Origin: an uncultured Alphaproteobacteria bacterium | Lineage (GTDB): Bacteria > Pseudomonadota > Alphaproteobacteria > CAAHEQ01 > UBA3637 | Assembly: GCA_949282845.1 (NCBI GenBank) | Contig: CASDQF010000022.1 | Coordinates: 1 to 58,467 of the forward strand | Length of the DNA: 58,467 nucleotides | Direction of reading: 5' to 3' | Shown here: positions 1 through 9,240 of the stretch, piece by piece | Position numbering within the stretch: the stretch's first letter is position 1 | Layout: the number at the start of each line of letters is the position of its first letter | Notes under the pieces: generated by a model | What the model saw: only the letters and a program-made list of their open reading frames with translations | The model's database searches: none | What the model was told of the DNA's origin: nothing | Position numbers and translations under genes: made by a program

Positions 1-237
1 ATACTGAGGAAGCACCAAACGTGCGACTTCTCTTAACCGACGACGAACACGGTTGCGTTTCACGGCATTTCCTATTTTTCGGCTTGTCGTGAAACCAACA
101 CGTATTACATTCTGAAATTGTGCATCTTCTGAACGAAAAAGGGCTTGTAAAATCAGACCCGAAGTCACATATTTTTGCCCTTGTTCAGCAATTTTGATAA
201 ACTCTCTACGTTTTTTCAAACGCACCAAAGATCCCAT
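1..237 (-). CDS. rnpA: Ribonuclease P protein component (3' end runs off the window)
   Basis: Not in the ORF track because it is partial. Reverse-strand translation from the ATG at 235-237 gives MGSLVRLKKRREFIKIAEQGQKYVTSGLILQALFRSEDAQFQNVIRVGFTTSRKIGNAVKRNRVRRRLREVARLVLPQY, the basic RnpA pattern. It lies directly downstream of rpmH, as in most bacteria. Confidence 0.85.
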   Translation of the reverse strand, partial: MGSLVRLKKRREFIKIAEQGQKYVTSGLILQALFRSEDAQFQNVIRVGFTTSRKIGNAVKRNRVRRRLREVARLVLPQY

Positions 238-253
238 GGGAAACCCCTAGGTC

Positions 254-388
254 TTAGGCACTTAAAACCTTACGGCCTTTACGACGACGTGCGCTTAATA
301 CCTTGCGACCACCGACCGTTGCCATACGGCTTCTGAAACCATGACGGCGAGAGCGAACCAATTGTGAAGGTTGATATGTACGTTTCAT
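254..388 (-). CDS. rpmH: 50S ribosomal protein L34
   Basis: Not in the ORF track (under 60 aa). The reverse-strand ORF reads [44 protein letters not shown], a canonical L34, and sits upstream of rnpA. Confidence 0.95.
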   Translation of the reverse strand: MKRTYQPSQLVRSRRHGFRSRMATVGGRKVLSARRRKGRKVLSA

Positions 389-445
389 GGCTTTTTCTCC
401 GTTTCATCTATTAATAAAATTACCCTTCCTTAAAAGAAGGCTTTT

Positions 446-474
446 TATATATCCTTTTTTAAACTAATTGTCAA
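446..474 (-). promoter_or_regulatory. Putative sigma70-type promoter for rpmH-rnpA
   Basis: The reverse strand reads TTGACA (474-469), a 17-nt spacer, then TATATA (451-446). This is about 58 nt upstream of the rpmH ATG. Confidence 0.45.
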
Positions 475-482
475 GAGCTTTT

Positions 483-1142
483 TTAGGCGACCCGTTGCCT
501 TTCTTCCTGTAAAAAGCGCTGCAGCATTAAATCTCGCTCTGTTGGACTTTTTACTTCAACTAATTCTTCTAATTTCTTTTGAATTTTCTGTTGCGTTTTT
601 TTTAGTTCTTCTGGCGTCATCATTATTTTTTGTTCTTTTTCTCGAGCATAATCAAAAATCTTATGAGCCGAACCATCCATTCCAAAAATCAAATACGGAT
701 TAACATCTAATTTAATATGCTCCCCTATTTGACGACGCATTTCACGTTTTTTTATCTCTTCTTTAGAAAGCTGATTATAAAAGAAAGCTTGATATGTATA
801 TTGATAAGATTTATCACGCTCGATCATAAGCCATTGAAGCATAAAACGAGCGGCATCTAGTTCGGCCGGAGAGGTGTTTGGATCTTTTTCCATGCGAGCA
901 ACAGTTTCTTGAGCAACAAGGAAATCTCGAATAATTTGAGAATGGGCTTTTAACATCTGACCAAATTCCTCGCGAGTTACTTTCCCATCTGATGTAATTT
1001 CATCGAAAACTTCTGCTGTTCTACTATTTTCATCAAAACTCGGAACATTCCGAATATCGATTTTTTCAAAATTCACTGTTTTAGGATTAAAATTTTCTTT
1101 TGTTTGACGAATAGGCTGTATCTTTTCTTTTTGTTCCATCAC
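483..1142 (-). CDS. Hypothetical protein (charged, helical-looking)
   Basis: Long ORF in the track with no competing ORF. I recognise no family. Confidence 0.5.
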   Translation of the reverse strand: MMEQKEKIQPIRQTKENFNPKTVNFEKIDIRNVPSFDENSRTAEVFDEITSDGKVTREEFGQMLKAHSQIIRDFLVAQETVARMEKDPNTSPAELDAARFMLQWLMIERDKSYQYTYQAFFYNQLSKEEIKKREMRRQIGEHIKLDVNPYLIFGMDGSAHKIFDYAREKEQKIMMTPEELKKTQQKIQKKLEELVEVKSPTERDLMLQRFLQEERQRVA

Positions 1143-1191
1143 ACCCTCCTCTTTTTAAACAGGTTGAATCTAACATAATTTACAGATAAAA

Positions 1192-1728
1192 TCAAGTTGA
1201 GCCTTTTTTCAACTTTAAATCAGCTAGTTTCGCAAAAGGACTTTCTTGTTTAGGAGAATCGAAGTTTTCATCTTTAAAAAAGAAATCTTCTGGCAAGCCT
1301 TCTTTCTTTGGATACGGGTTCATTGACAGAGACAAATGCTCTAAAATTAACTCTCCGACATCTAATTCATGCCCTTCCAAAGGTAAGGGGTCCTCGTTCT
1401 CCATATCCAGTTCAATGATATCATTTTTTTTACAACTTCCAGAAGAAGGCGTAAAAAATTCTTCAAATTTCCCTTGAACATGTGTTTGAATTGTTTCCAA
1501 TGTAATCACACAATTTTGTTTTAAATCGGCCTCAAAACGACATTGAACTCGAATAGAGGAACCTTTTGTTATATTAGCAGAAGCTGTCAAAGATAAAACA
1601 GCTGGGATTTTCAATCTTTTAGCAATAGCCACACATTGTTCAGCATTAGCTTTAATTATTAATTCTTTGCCTTTTTCTGGAATTTTATAAATATCTATTA
1701 AATAAGGCATCTCTGAAGATTGTTGCAT
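1192..1728 (-). CDS. DUF177/YceD-family protein (large ribosomal RNA subunit accumulation protein-like)
   Basis: Track ORF 1192..1863 trimmed to the internal ATG (MQQSSEMPYLIDIYK...), because the upstream extension is hydrophobic filler overlapping the bamE start. The acidic C-terminal half carries LSMNPYPKK, typical of DUF177. Adjacency to bamE is usual in alphaproteobacteria. Confidence 0.75.
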   Translation of the reverse strand: MQQSSEMPYLIDIYKIPEKGKELIIKANAEQCVAIAKRLKIPAVLSLTASANITKGSSIRVQCRFEADLKQNCVITLETIQTHVQGKFEEFFTPSSGSCKKNDIIELDMENEDPLPLEGHELDVGELILEHLSLSMNPYPKKEGLPEDFFFKDENFDSPKQESPFAKLADLKLKKGST

Positions 1729-1792
1729 TTTTTCTTTCCTTTTTTGTATTTTTCGACTATATCTTAAATAGATTATAAGAAAGAAGATAAAA

Positions 1793-2239
1793 ATGAGCAA
1801 GATAAGTTTATTTTTTTGTGCTTTTTGTTGGCTTTGTTTAACAGCGTGTAATCTTCCGACCAATCAAGTCGGTGATACACCTTCTGATACTCGTTTGCAT
1901 GCCATAAAGACAGGTAAGCACACAAAAGAAGATGTTACTCGTTTGATAGGGTCTCCGACATCTATTACTCTTTTTGAAAAAGAATCATGGCTTTATATTG
2001 CATCGAAAGAACAACAACGTGCATTCCTGCCGCCAGAAGAAATTGAAAGAAATGTTGATGTCATTACTTTCAACAAAGATGGTGTCGTTGAAAAAATCCA
2101 AGAATTAACCTTAGCCGATGGGATAGAAATACCCTATGACAAAAACGAAACAGAAACTTATGGAAAAGACTTAAGTATGTGGGAAGAAATGATTGGCAAT
2201 TTTGGACGTTTCCCTGCCAATCGTGGACAAAGTCGCTAA
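1793..2239 (+). CDS. bamE: Outer membrane protein assembly factor BamE (SmpA/OmlA lipoprotein)
   Basis: Signal peptide with lipobox LTAC. The core GSPTSITLFEKESWLYIA...VDVITFNKDGVVEKI resembles the SmpA/OmlA fold signature. Confidence 0.7.
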   Translation: MSKISLFFCAFCWLCLTACNLPTNQVGDTPSDTRLHAIKTGKHTKEDVTRLIGSPTSITLFEKESWLYIASKEQQRAFLPPEEIERNVDVITFNKDGVVEKIQELTLADGIEIPYDKNETETYGKDLSMWEEMIGNFGRFPANRGQSR

Positions 2240-2251
2240 TTTTTAAAACGA

Positions 2252-2983
2252 ATGCTTATGAATGATTATACAACAGATGATTTTTTGGGCGGTCTTGTGC
2301 GCTTAAAACAATTAAAAGACGGATATCGGGCAACAAGCGATGCCGTTTTATTAGCTGCATCTATACAGGCAAAATCCGGACAAAGTATTTTAGATGTGGG
2401 GTTGGGAACAGGAGCTGTTTCTCTTTGTTTAGAAGCACGCATTAAAGGGCTCTCCTTAACAGGCTTAGAAATCCAAGATGAAATGATAGAACTAGCCAAA
2501 GAAAATGCTGTTTTAAACCAAGTTGAAATGCAAATTTTAAAAGGAGATGTTGCTCATCCGCCAAAAGAGCTTATTGGTAAAACATTTGATCATGTCGTCA
2601 CAAATCCTCCTTATTTTACAGAAACGCCTCAACGACAAAACAAAACAATTGCTATCGCACATCAAGAAAGTGTTCCATTATCGACATGGCTTCATTTCTG
2701 TATCAAAAAGGTAAAACCAAAAGGAACGCTCACATTGATACACCGAACTGAAAGAGTCCCTGAAATTCTTTCTATCCTTTCTGAAAAATTAGGCGGAATT
2801 ATTTTAGTTCCTTTTTGGCCGAGAGCCGGAAAAATGCCAAAACGTGTTTTAATACAAGGAACACTTGGTTCGCAAAAACCATTTTCTTTACATCCAGGTT
2901 TTGTCTTACACCAAGAAGACACTACAAGATGTGAAGAAATTGAAAATATTATGCGTCGAGCTTTTCCGCTTTTTCGACAATAA
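2252..2983 (+). CDS. SAM-dependent methyltransferase, TrmN6/YfiC-like (tRNA m6A37 type)
   Basis: SAM-binding LDVGLGTGAVSL and the N6-adenine/amino-MTase motif TNPPYF are present. The length and N-terminal region (LKQLKDGYRATSDAVLLA) match the TrmN6 family. Confidence 0.6.
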   Translation: MLMNDYTTDDFLGGLVRLKQLKDGYRATSDAVLLAASIQAKSGQSILDVGLGTGAVSLCLEARIKGLSLTGLEIQDEMIELAKENAVLNQVEMQILKGDVAHPPKELIGKTFDHVVTNPPYFTETPQRQNKTIAIAHQESVPLSTWLHFCIKKVKPKGTLTLIHRTERVPEILSILSEKLGGIILVPFWPRAGKMPKRVLIQGTLGSQKPFSLHPGFVLHQEDTTRCEEIENIMRRAFPLFRQ

Positions 2984-4067
2984 AAAGTGTAATTTCCGGA
3001 CTCGTTCCCAACCTGACGGGGAAACCTCCCCACAAACCGGTCCCGGAACTAACATATAGTCGTGTTGGCCCGACTTGATAAAAACCTTTTAAGAACCCAT
3101 TATTTGCAGAAGATGCTAAAAGGTTAAAAGGCCAAAACAACTGTCCGCCATGTGTATGGCCAGAAAACTGTAAAAGAACCTGATGCTTTGCAGCGTCCGA
3201 AACTTGGCTTGGATAATGAGCCATCAAAAAACGGGGAACATTACCACCTATATTTTCAAAAGTTTTAGATAATTGCGGTCCGGGCAAACTAAATCGATTA
3301 GCACCAGGCATCGGTAAGCCTCCCACAGCAAAAGCTGTTTCATGATGAGTTAAAAGCCGCGCTTCATTCATAACTAAATCTAAACCTAACTCCTTAAACG
3401 CAGGTATCCATCGTTCCGGCCCGTAATAATACTCATGATTACCATAAACCATAAACACACCTTGAGCAGCTTTTAAGTCTTTTAACGGCTCTAAATCAGG
3501 CATCAGCTGAGCTGGTGAACCATCTATCAAATCTCCCGTAATCACAATTAAATCAGGAGACAAATCATTTACCTTTGCTACGACTTGTTTTAACCATTTT
3601 CCGTTAAACCCAGAGCCGATATGTAAGTCTGATAATTGAACTATTCGAAGCGGTTGCCAAGATAAAGGAAGTTCTTTCAAAACAACTTTTACCTCCTTAA
3701 CGGAAGGAACCCGTAAAGCTTGCCACACGGAAAAAACAGCCATTAAAAAAGTGGCAATTAACATAATCGGCAAAGCCCCTGGAATAAAAACCTTAAATAA
3801 GCTCAACAGATTTAACATTATAACACCCAGGAACATAATAAAAATCCAGGCTTGAGCAATTCCAAAGAAAATCATAACACCTCTCATTTGCAACACAGGG
3901 AAAATGTTTCCCAAAAGCCAATAAATTCCCATTTTTTGAGAACCAATTAAAATCAATCCGGCTAAAATCATTTTAATCCATAAAGCCGCAGAAAGAGGCA
4001 ACACCAAAGATTTAATAATGTAAGCTGCGACTAAAATCGTTAAAATTGTTGTTATAAAAAAGAACAT
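2949..4067 (-). CDS. Membrane-anchored metallophosphoesterase (YkuE/calcineurin-like)
   Basis: About 4 N-terminal TM helices, then the motifs SDLHIG, TGDLIDG, GNHEY and GHTHGG. Confidence 0.85.
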   Translation of the reverse strand: MFFFITTILTILVAAYIIKSLVLPLSAALWIKMILAGLILIGSQKMGIYWLLGNIFPVLQMRGVMIFFGIAQAWIFIMFLGVIMLNLLSLFKVFIPGALPIMLIATFLMAVFSVWQALRVPSVKEVKVVLKELPLSWQPLRIVQLSDLHIGSGFNGKWLKQVVAKVNDLSPDLIVITGDLIDGSPAQLMPDLEPLKDLKAAQGVFMVYGNHEYYYGPERWIPAFKELGLDLVMNEARLLTHHETAFAVGGLPMPGANRFSLPGPQLSKTFENIGGNVPRFLMAHYPSQVSDAAKHQVLLQFSGHTHGGQLFWPFNLLASSANNGFLKGFYQVGPTRLYVSSGTGLWGGFPVRLGTSPEITLFIVEKAEKLDA

Positions 4068-4168
4068 CCTATTCCCCTTTGGATTAAATATAGAACAATC
4101 ATATTTATTTTTTCAAGCCTTTTATCAAAAACTTTACAATAATCCTAGTTTTTGATACTCTATCCTTC

Positions 4169-6016
4169 ATGATTGACATAAATGACATTACTGTGCGTAT
4201 GGGCTCTAAAATTTTACTCTCACACGCCAGCGCCCATATTTCTGACCGACAAAAAGTCGGGCTGGTTGGATTGAACGGTTGTGGAAAATCAACACTATTT
4301 CGTGTTTTGTTGGGAGAAATAGGAACAGAAACAGGCTCTGTTTCCTTTCCCTCAAAAACTCGAATTTCATATATGGAGCAAGAGTTAAAAAATCTCTCAT
4401 TATCTCTTTTAGACTACGTTTTACAAAAAGATACAGAACGAACACATCTGTTAGAAAAGCTAAAAGTAGCAAGACCGGATGAATTAGCCGACATTCATGA
4501 ACGTCTTACAATGATTGAAGCTGATAGTGCACCTGCTCGCGCAGCCCATATTTTAACCGGTTTAGGTTTTAAAGAAGAAGATATTTACCGTCCTCTTTCC
4601 GAATTTTCAGGAGGATGGCGTATGCGTGTTGCGTTAGCCGGAACATTATTTGCCCCTTCGGATACTCTTTTATTGGATGAACCAACAAATCATCTGGACT
4701 TGGAAGCCGTCTTATGGCTTGTCTCTCATTTACAAAAATACAGAGGAACGCTTCTGCTCATCAGTCATGATAGAACCATTCTTAATACATTGTGCACCCA
4801 AATTTTGCATTTGGAACATCAAGGACTAACACTTTATAGCGGAAACTATGATACCTTTACTCAAACACGGGCTCAAAAACAAGAACTGTTACAAAAACTT
4901 GCGGCAAAGCAAGAACAAAGACGACAGCACTTGCAATCTTTCGTAGACCGTTTTCGCTACAAAGCAACAAAAGCTAAACAAGCTCAAAGCCGCCTTAAAA
5001 TGTTAGAAAAAATGAAAACGATTACCCTTCTGACTGATGAAGGAGGAGCTCGCTTTGACTTTCCCAATCCGCTTCATTTAGCGCCACCTTTGATTTCGCT
5101 TGAAAAAGGAGCGGTTGGTTATAATGAAAAAGCTGTTTTAAAAAATTTAACACTTCAAATCAATAGCGATGATCGTATCGCCCTATTAGGCGCAAACGGC
5201 AATGGTAAATCAACTTTTGCCAAACTTTTAGCAGGACGTTTAAAACTTCTGGAAGGCTCAATAACACATTCGAAAAAACTGGCCGTCGGTTATTTTGCTC
5301 AACATCAGGCAGAAGAACTTCCTTTAGGACAAACGCCTCTTACCTTTATTTCTCACTTAATGAAAGAAGCCACCGAAACAAAAGTTCGCTCTCATTTAGC
5401 TCGCTTTGGATTAGAAGGAGAAAAAGCTTTAACCGTTATCGGGAAGCTCTCCGGCGGAGAAAAAGCTCGTCTTCTTTTTGCAGCCATGTGTCATGAAGCG
5501 CCTGCTTTGTTAATCCTAGACGAACCGACAAATCATCTGGATATGGATGCAAGAGAGGCGTTAATAGAGGCCTTAAACGCTTATGAAGGAGCGGTTATCC
5601 TGATTACGCATGACTTACATTTAATTGAACTTATTGCCGATAAGCTATGGCTTATTCAAAATCAAACTTGCAAACCTTTTAATGGAGACTTGGAAGATTA
5701 TAAAAAGCTTCTTTTAGAAAAAACAACCGAAGAAATAGAAAAAACAAAAAAAGAAACAATCTCCGCCAGAGAAGAACGTAAGCGTAAAGCCGAAAAAAGA
5801 GCTTCTTTAGCTCCTTTACGAAAAGAAATGCAGCAGCTTGAATCAGAAATGGAAAAACTTTATCAAAAAAAGAAAAATATAGAACAGAAATTTACCTCAC
5901 CTTTAAGTTCTCAGGAAATTACAAACCTACAAAAAGAGTTATCAACCATTGATAATCTTATTTCTTCTGCAGAAGAACGTTGGTTGCAATTAGGAGAAAA
6001 ATTAGAGAACAATTAA
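4169..6016 (+). CDS. ABC-F family ATPase (two ABC domains, no TM domain)
   Basis: Two Walker A sites (GLNGCGKST, GANGNGKST), two LSGG signatures and two LLLDEPTNHLD motifs. Charged interdomain linker and coiled-coil C-terminal tail. Confidence 0.9.
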   Translation: MIDINDITVRMGSKILLSHASAHISDRQKVGLVGLNGCGKSTLFRVLLGEIGTETGSVSFPSKTRISYMEQELKNLSLSLLDYVLQKDTERTHLLEKLKVARPDELADIHERLTMIEADSAPARAAHILTGLGFKEEDIYRPLSEFSGGWRMRVALAGTLFAPSDTLLLDEPTNHLDLEAVLWLVSHLQKYRGTLLLISHDRTILNTLCTQILHLEHQGLTLYSGNYDTFTQTRAQKQELLQKLAAKQEQRRQHLQSFVDRFRYKATKAKQAQSRLKMLEKMKTITLLTDEGGARFDFPNPLHLAPPLISLEKGAVGYNEKAVLKNLTLQINSDDRIALLGANGNGKSTFAKLLAGRLKLLEGSITHSKKLAVGYFAQHQAEELPLGQTPLTFISHLMKEATETKVRSHLARFGLEGEKALTVIGKLSGGEKARLLFAAMCHEAPALLILDEPTNHLDMDAREALIEALNAYEGAVILITHDLHLIELIADKLWLIQNQTCKPFNGDLEDYKKLLLEKTTEEIEKTKKETISAREERKRKAEKRASLAPLRKEMQQLESEMEKLYQKKKNIEQKFTSPLSSQEITNLQKELSTIDNLISSAEERWLQLGEKLENN

Positions 6017-8274
6017 AGTCGCCGGAACATATTTCCTTTACTTATGTTCGGAACGTCTTTAAACTGACAAAGTTCTTTAATTAAATAGGCAGCCCTCTCA
6101 ACGGAATAAGTCTTATCCACGAAATCAATGCGATAAAAATCGGCCGGAACAGAGACTGCTTCTTTTGCCAAACAAAGAGGCTTTCTGCCAAAAACTTTTG
6201 TTTCACAATTTTGAGATAAGATATCATATTGCTCTTTCCCCTGTTTAATTTCAAACCACTTTTTACCTTTTAAACAATCTTGACAAGCGTTAGAACGAAC
6301 ACATACGGCACTTGTAAACAAGGGGACATCTTGATAAATAACAAAAGTTGTTTCAATACAAGCTTGTTGATCTAATTTTTGAATATTTTCCAAAGTATCC
6401 TCTATAGCAAAACAAGCTCGTGTCGCCCCTATTTCTTTAGCCATTGCAAAAGCTTGCGTATTCATCATATAAAGAGGTGTATCAAAACTGATATCTATTC
6501 CCTTTTTGGGTAAAATCGACAATCCCCACACATTTCCGATTTCCCATTTTTTATACCCCTGTTCCAATAATTTCTCTACGAGAGGAGCAAAAACCATCGG
6601 ATGACGACAAACTGTCGGCAAAGCTAAACGAACCTTATTCTTCGGCAGATCTTTCAAAATATGAATATCGGATTGTGGATTCAGTAAATAAATAATCTCA
6701 CTCATTTGTGATAAATCCAGCTTTTTTAAAAGTTCTGCTGAATCTGTTTTCACTGCAAAAACTTTTTTTCTCGCCGACAAGGCCATTGGTAAAGAAGGGA
6801 ATACTCGCACATCTTTTTGTATCTCCAACTTTTGATATAATTGACGGCGTAATTCGTTTAATATAGAAACAGGCACAAACAAGGATTGTGGATTATCCAC
6901 TTTTAAATCTGATAAATAAAAAGGAAATTGATCTGTTTTACTAAAGGCCTGTTGAGCTGCGTTGTTCGTTTTCTCGGGATTTTGGGCAACCTCAAAATTT
7001 CCTTCCATTTTGCAAACCTTATCCATAGCTTTTGCCTCTAAAAAAGAAGGCATAATTTTCAGTTCAACGCATAAAGGTTTTTTAGGCATAAAAGCTCCCG
7101 ATTTAGGCTTTTTATAAGGATAAGCGCCTTTAACAGCCGTAGAAGAAGCCAAATAAATTTTTTCGCCTTTTTGAATAAAAGGAGCTTTGGGAGGTAAAGA
7201 AACTTCTACCATATCTCCTGCTTTAGCCTCAAAAACAGAACGCCCCGCAAGACGCATTTTTTCCAAAGAAAAACCAAAAGGCTTTTCAGAACCCGCGACA
7301 TCAATTTGCAAACCATCATACCTGGCAATTGCATGAGTTGTATGGAAAATTAATTTTCCTTGAAAAGCGGCCTCAACTGAACCAATTTCAAGTCCTCGAT
7401 GCCCTACGAAATCTCTATCAACAACATCTTTGTTTTTCTCGACAAAATGAAACTTTGTCCAAGGACGTGAAAAAATCTGACGGATATTTTCTTCACAATG
7501 TATATCTACGCCCTTTCCGTCCAAAATTTTTCGATAAAAATCAGTTACCGCCGCCACATAAAGAGCACTTTTCTTACGACCTTCTATTTTCAAACTGGTC
7601 ACAGGCATTTTTAAAACATCCTCACATAATGCCATATCTTTCATTGAAAAAAGATGCCCTGAACCTTCTTTTCCTTCAAAGCAAGAACGGCATGGATATA
7701 AACATTTACCGCGATTAGCGCTCTTTCCTGTCTCCATTGAGGAAAACAAACATAAACCGCTATAGGAATAACAAAGAGCTCCGTGAATAAATGCCTCTGT
7801 CTCAAGATTTGGCAAGGCGGCAATTTCTTTGATTTCTTTTAAACTAAGCTCTCTTGCCAAAACAACTCGAGAAAAACCCAATTTTTGTAAAGCTAAAGCT
7901 CCCTCTTTATTATGAACTGCCATTTGTGTACTTGCATGTAGCTCTAATTCAGGAAAAGTATCTCGAATAATGCGAGCCACACCCAAGTCTTGTAAAATGA
8001 TGCCATCAACACCCGCAGCACAACAAGCCTCTAATGTTTGAAGCAAATCTTTCAACTCCGCTTCCTGAATTAAAGTATTAACAGTCACATAAACTTTTCT
8101 ATTCAATGAATGAGCATATCCAGTAAAATCTGCTAATGCTTCCGAAGTAAAATTAGTCGCTGTCGCTCGTGCTGAAAATTGTTGAAGCCCCAAATAAACT
8201 GCATCTGCGCCATAATAAAGAGCTGCATATCCGGCCTCGACATCTCCAGCCGGTGCTAAAAGTTCTGTTTTCAT
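6013..8274 (-). CDS. Two-domain peptidase U32-family protein (probable Fe-S protein)
   Basis: The N-terminal U32 barrel carries EAFIHGALCYSYSGLCLFSSMETGKSANRGKCLYPCR (C-x6-C-x15-C-x3-C). The C-terminal ~270 aa look like a second, degenerate U32-like domain. Confidence 0.8.
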   Translation of the reverse strand: MKTELLAPAGDVEAGYAALYYGADAVYLGLQQFSARATATNFTSEALADFTGYAHSLNRKVYVTVNTLIQEAELKDLLQTLEACCAAGVDGIILQDLGVARIIRDTFPELELHASTQMAVHNKEGALALQKLGFSRVVLARELSLKEIKEIAALPNLETEAFIHGALCYSYSGLCLFSSMETGKSANRGKCLYPCRSCFEGKEGSGHLFSMKDMALCEDVLKMPVTSLKIEGRKKSALYVAAVTDFYRKILDGKGVDIHCEENIRQIFSRPWTKFHFVEKNKDVVDRDFVGHRGLEIGSVEAAFQGKLIFHTTHAIARYDGLQIDVAGSEKPFGFSLEKMRLAGRSVFEAKAGDMVEVSLPPKAPFIQKGEKIYLASSTAVKGAYPYKKPKSGAFMPKKPLCVELKIMPSFLEAKAMDKVCKMEGNFEVAQNPEKTNNAAQQAFSKTDQFPFYLSDLKVDNPQSLFVPVSILNELRRQLYQKLEIQKDVRVFPSLPMALSARKKVFAVKTDSAELLKKLDLSQMSEIIYLLNPQSDIHILKDLPKNKVRLALPTVCRHPMVFAPLVEKLLEQGYKKWEIGNVWGLSILPKKGIDISFDTPLYMMNTQAFAMAKEIGATRACFAIEDTLENIQKLDQQACIETTFVIYQDVPLFTSAVCVRSNACQDCLKGKKWFEIKQGKEQYDILSQNCETKVFGRKPLCLAKEAVSVPADFYRIDFVDKTYSVERAAYLIKELCQFKDVPNISKGNMFRRL

Positions 8275-8406
8275 TTTTCTTTCCTTTTAAAATAAGCTGA
8301 TTTTAATCTTTTTTCTTCTAAAAGTCAAAAAATATCATTCTCTTAAAAACAACTTTACTTTCTTATGATTTTTTCTTATCCTAAGCAAAACTAAAGGAAT
8401 GTGTGA

Positions 8407-9240
8407 ATGAAAGTCTCTGTTATCTCTGTTGTTTTCAATTTAATTCAAGCAAATCGTGTCGAAACCTTTCATCAGATGCTTGAAAGTATACATCAACAAA
8501 CATATCCTGACATAGAGCATATTATAATCGATGGCGCTTCTACAGATGGGACAATCGAACTGTTGGAAAAATATGCACAAAAAGGATGGATTAAATATAT
8601 TTCTGAACCAGATCAAGGTATTTATGACGCCATGAATAAAGGAGCTCAACTTTCTAAAGGCGAGATTATAACCTTCTTAAATTCCGATGATTATTTCCAT
8701 AATTCAAAAGCAATAGAATTAGCTGTTAACGCTTTATCAAAAGGATATGATTTTTGTTATGCTCCCGTTATCAATCTTAATGAAGAACAAAAAGAACAAA
8801 AAATCGGAAAAATAAAATTAGAAAGACTACTAAGAAATATGCCCTTCCCTCATCCGGGAATGTTTCTTGTTAAAGAAGTTTTCAAAAAATTAGAGGGGTT
8901 TGATAAAAAATTCAAGTTAATCGGAGATTATGACTTAATTTTACGTCTTTATCTTCAGAATTATCATGGCATTGCGATTAAAGAAACTTTGGCGACTTTT
9001 CGCCGAGGCGGACTAACAGACCAAAAAGAAGAATTACATCATGAGGAAAAAGTTTACTTATATCGTAAAAATTATTCTCAATTTTGTCCTAATGCTGATT
9101 TTGAGAAAATTGAAAAAACCTATATTTTCCCCTTCTCTCTTTTAAAGAAACTTTATAAATGTCCGTCACCAGAAATTAGACACTCCTGTCTATGGATTGG
9201 AGCAAACTCTTTAAAAAGAAAGATATTGGAGAATTTCTAA
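8407..9240 (+). CDS. Glycosyltransferase family 2
   Basis: KVSVISVVFN...IIIDGASTDGT...LNSDD, a typical GT2 (GT-A) N-terminus. Confidence 0.85.
   Translation: MKVSVISVVFNLIQANRVETFHQMLESIHQQTYPDIEHIIIDGASTDGTIELLEKYAQKGWIKYISEPDQGIYDAMNKGAQLSKGEIITFLNSDDYFHNSKAIELAVNALSKGYDFCYAPVINLNEEQKEQKIGKIKLERLLRNMPFPHPGMFLVKEVFKKLEGFDKKFKLIGDYDLILRLYLQNYHGIAIKETLATFRRGGLTDQKEELHHEEKVYLYRKNYSQFCPNADFEKIEKTYIFPFSLLKKLYKCPSPEIRHSCLWIGANSLKRKILENF

Noticed and set aside
424-440. Short hairpin CCTTC-cttaaaa-GAAGG near the rpmH upstream region, as a possible terminator for the 219-aa gene
   Set aside because: The stem is only 5 bp. It lies downstream of the better-supported rpmH promoter, so it is more likely part of the rpmH 5' UTR.
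2266-3059. Track ORFs 2266..2499(-), 2692..3033(-) and 2865..3059(+), overlapping the methyltransferase and metallophosphoesterase genes
   Set aside because: They are antisense or out-of-frame shadows of clearly motif-bearing genes. Their composition is low-complexity and they have no RBS or family signal.
4206-4482. ORFs 4206..4472(-) and 4279..4482(+) inside the ABC-F gene
   Set aside because: Shadow ORFs, typical of AT-rich DNA. The ABC-F frame carries all the Walker and signature motifs.
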